From the NCBI GenBank assembly GCA_964035575.1, contig OZ037833.1:124001-188000 (forward strand): a stretch of DNA of 64,000 bases. Reading direction: 5' to 3'. Shown piece after piece: positions 63,206 to 64,000 of this stretch (position 1 is the first letter of the stretch; each line of letters starts with the position of its first letter). A program made the position numbers and the translations under genes. The notes below the pieces were generated by a model. That model saw nothing but the letters and a program-made list of their open reading frames with translations, was not told the DNA's origin and ran no database searches. The stretch is from Rhynchopus sp. YZ270_cl-10 (taxonomy: Eukaryota).

Positions 63206-64000
63206 TTTTTGGTTGTGTTTTATTTTATTTTTGTAAGAGGTTACTGAGTGGTGGTGTGGGTAGGGGTGCGTGTGAACGTTCGAGAAACATACACCTGAGG
63301 TGCCCTTTGTTGACAGTAAGGGGTGTTGTGAGCGAAGAAGCACATTGTGTATAGCGCACAGCAGGCGTTTGTTGCTAGCATTACTTATGCAAAATGATGA
63401 TCAAGTGTTCGTCTGTTCGTCCAAGGCGTCTCACCTACAACTGTTGACCAGCAGAACTATTGTGTAAGTGGTGGTAGGACTGCAAGTGCAAATAAGGAGA
63501 ACAAAAAGACACTAGGGTCGAAGGGGAAGCATTTTTATTCCATTTATTCATTGAAAAAATCAGGCACGGACTGGGTAGGGAAGGGACCGAGGTCTCTTCC
63601 CTACTTAGTGGGCCATTTCGACAGGGGGGAAGATATGGGTGAAAAAGAGATAGTGCAAAACGTCTCTGATATGCAGCCAGTGAGACTCCGTGGGGTTATC
63701 GAACACCCTCTTCGGACTGTATTGTTTTGCAGGCAGAAAGGAAAAAACAACAAAAGAAAGTTCTAAGCTGAATGTGCTCCTTTTGCACATCCTTCTAAAT
63801 TAACAGTTAAGTGACTGACACAAAAGAAATGGGGAGGGGTGCAGTGGGTGGGACGATAACAAATTATGAAACGATAAAGAAAACATGGCGGCCAAGGCAC
63901 ACAAAGTGCTGGGTCCAGTTCACCACTGTAGTTGGGCTCGCTCGACCCCAAGGAGACTCAACTGTGTGGGTGGACACGTGTGACTCTGTAGTCCCAAAGA

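Noticed and set aside
18116..64000. tRNA, rRNA or spliced-leader RNA genes
   Set aside because: None recognised by eye. tRNAscan-SE and Rfam scans would be needed to exclude them.

Overview
Eukaryotic (euglenozoan, most likely diplonemid) genomic window. Every credible protein gene is on the minus strand, as in a polycistronic gene cluster. Two genes carry short canonical introns, all five with GTATG...CAG ends, and an amastin-like tetraspan array is present. The largest feature is missing from the ORF track because it has no stop codon inside the window: an intron-free minus-strand ORF from ATG 18060 past position 1 (at least 6020 codons). It encodes a signal peptide, roughly 260 copies of an 11-aa Thr-rich repeat (TATETLTLPTG) and at least 11 degenerate Cys-containing modules of about 220-320 aa. 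Other genes: a 5-exon MATH-like/coiled-coil protein, a Cys-rich secreted protein, a Mib-HERC2 + ubiquitin-like protein, a 724-aa orphan, two hotdog acyl-CoA thioesterase paralogs and a 2-exon sphingolipid delta-4 desaturase. The window also has eight amastin-like loci (5 intact, 1 frameshifted, 2 half-genes), a four-repeat CUB-like/EGF-like membrane protein and two copies of a Cys/His zinc-finger-like gene. The intergenic DNA holds several small repeat families: a same-orientation hairpin downstream of many genes, a ~50-bp A-tailed element caught as a fresh insertion with an 8-bp target-site duplication, a MITE-like foldback, and a ~650-bp repeated module whose stems favour folding on the + (antisense) strand. 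All calls were made by eye and no database searches were run. Homopolymer-rich intergenic stretches may contain assembly errors.
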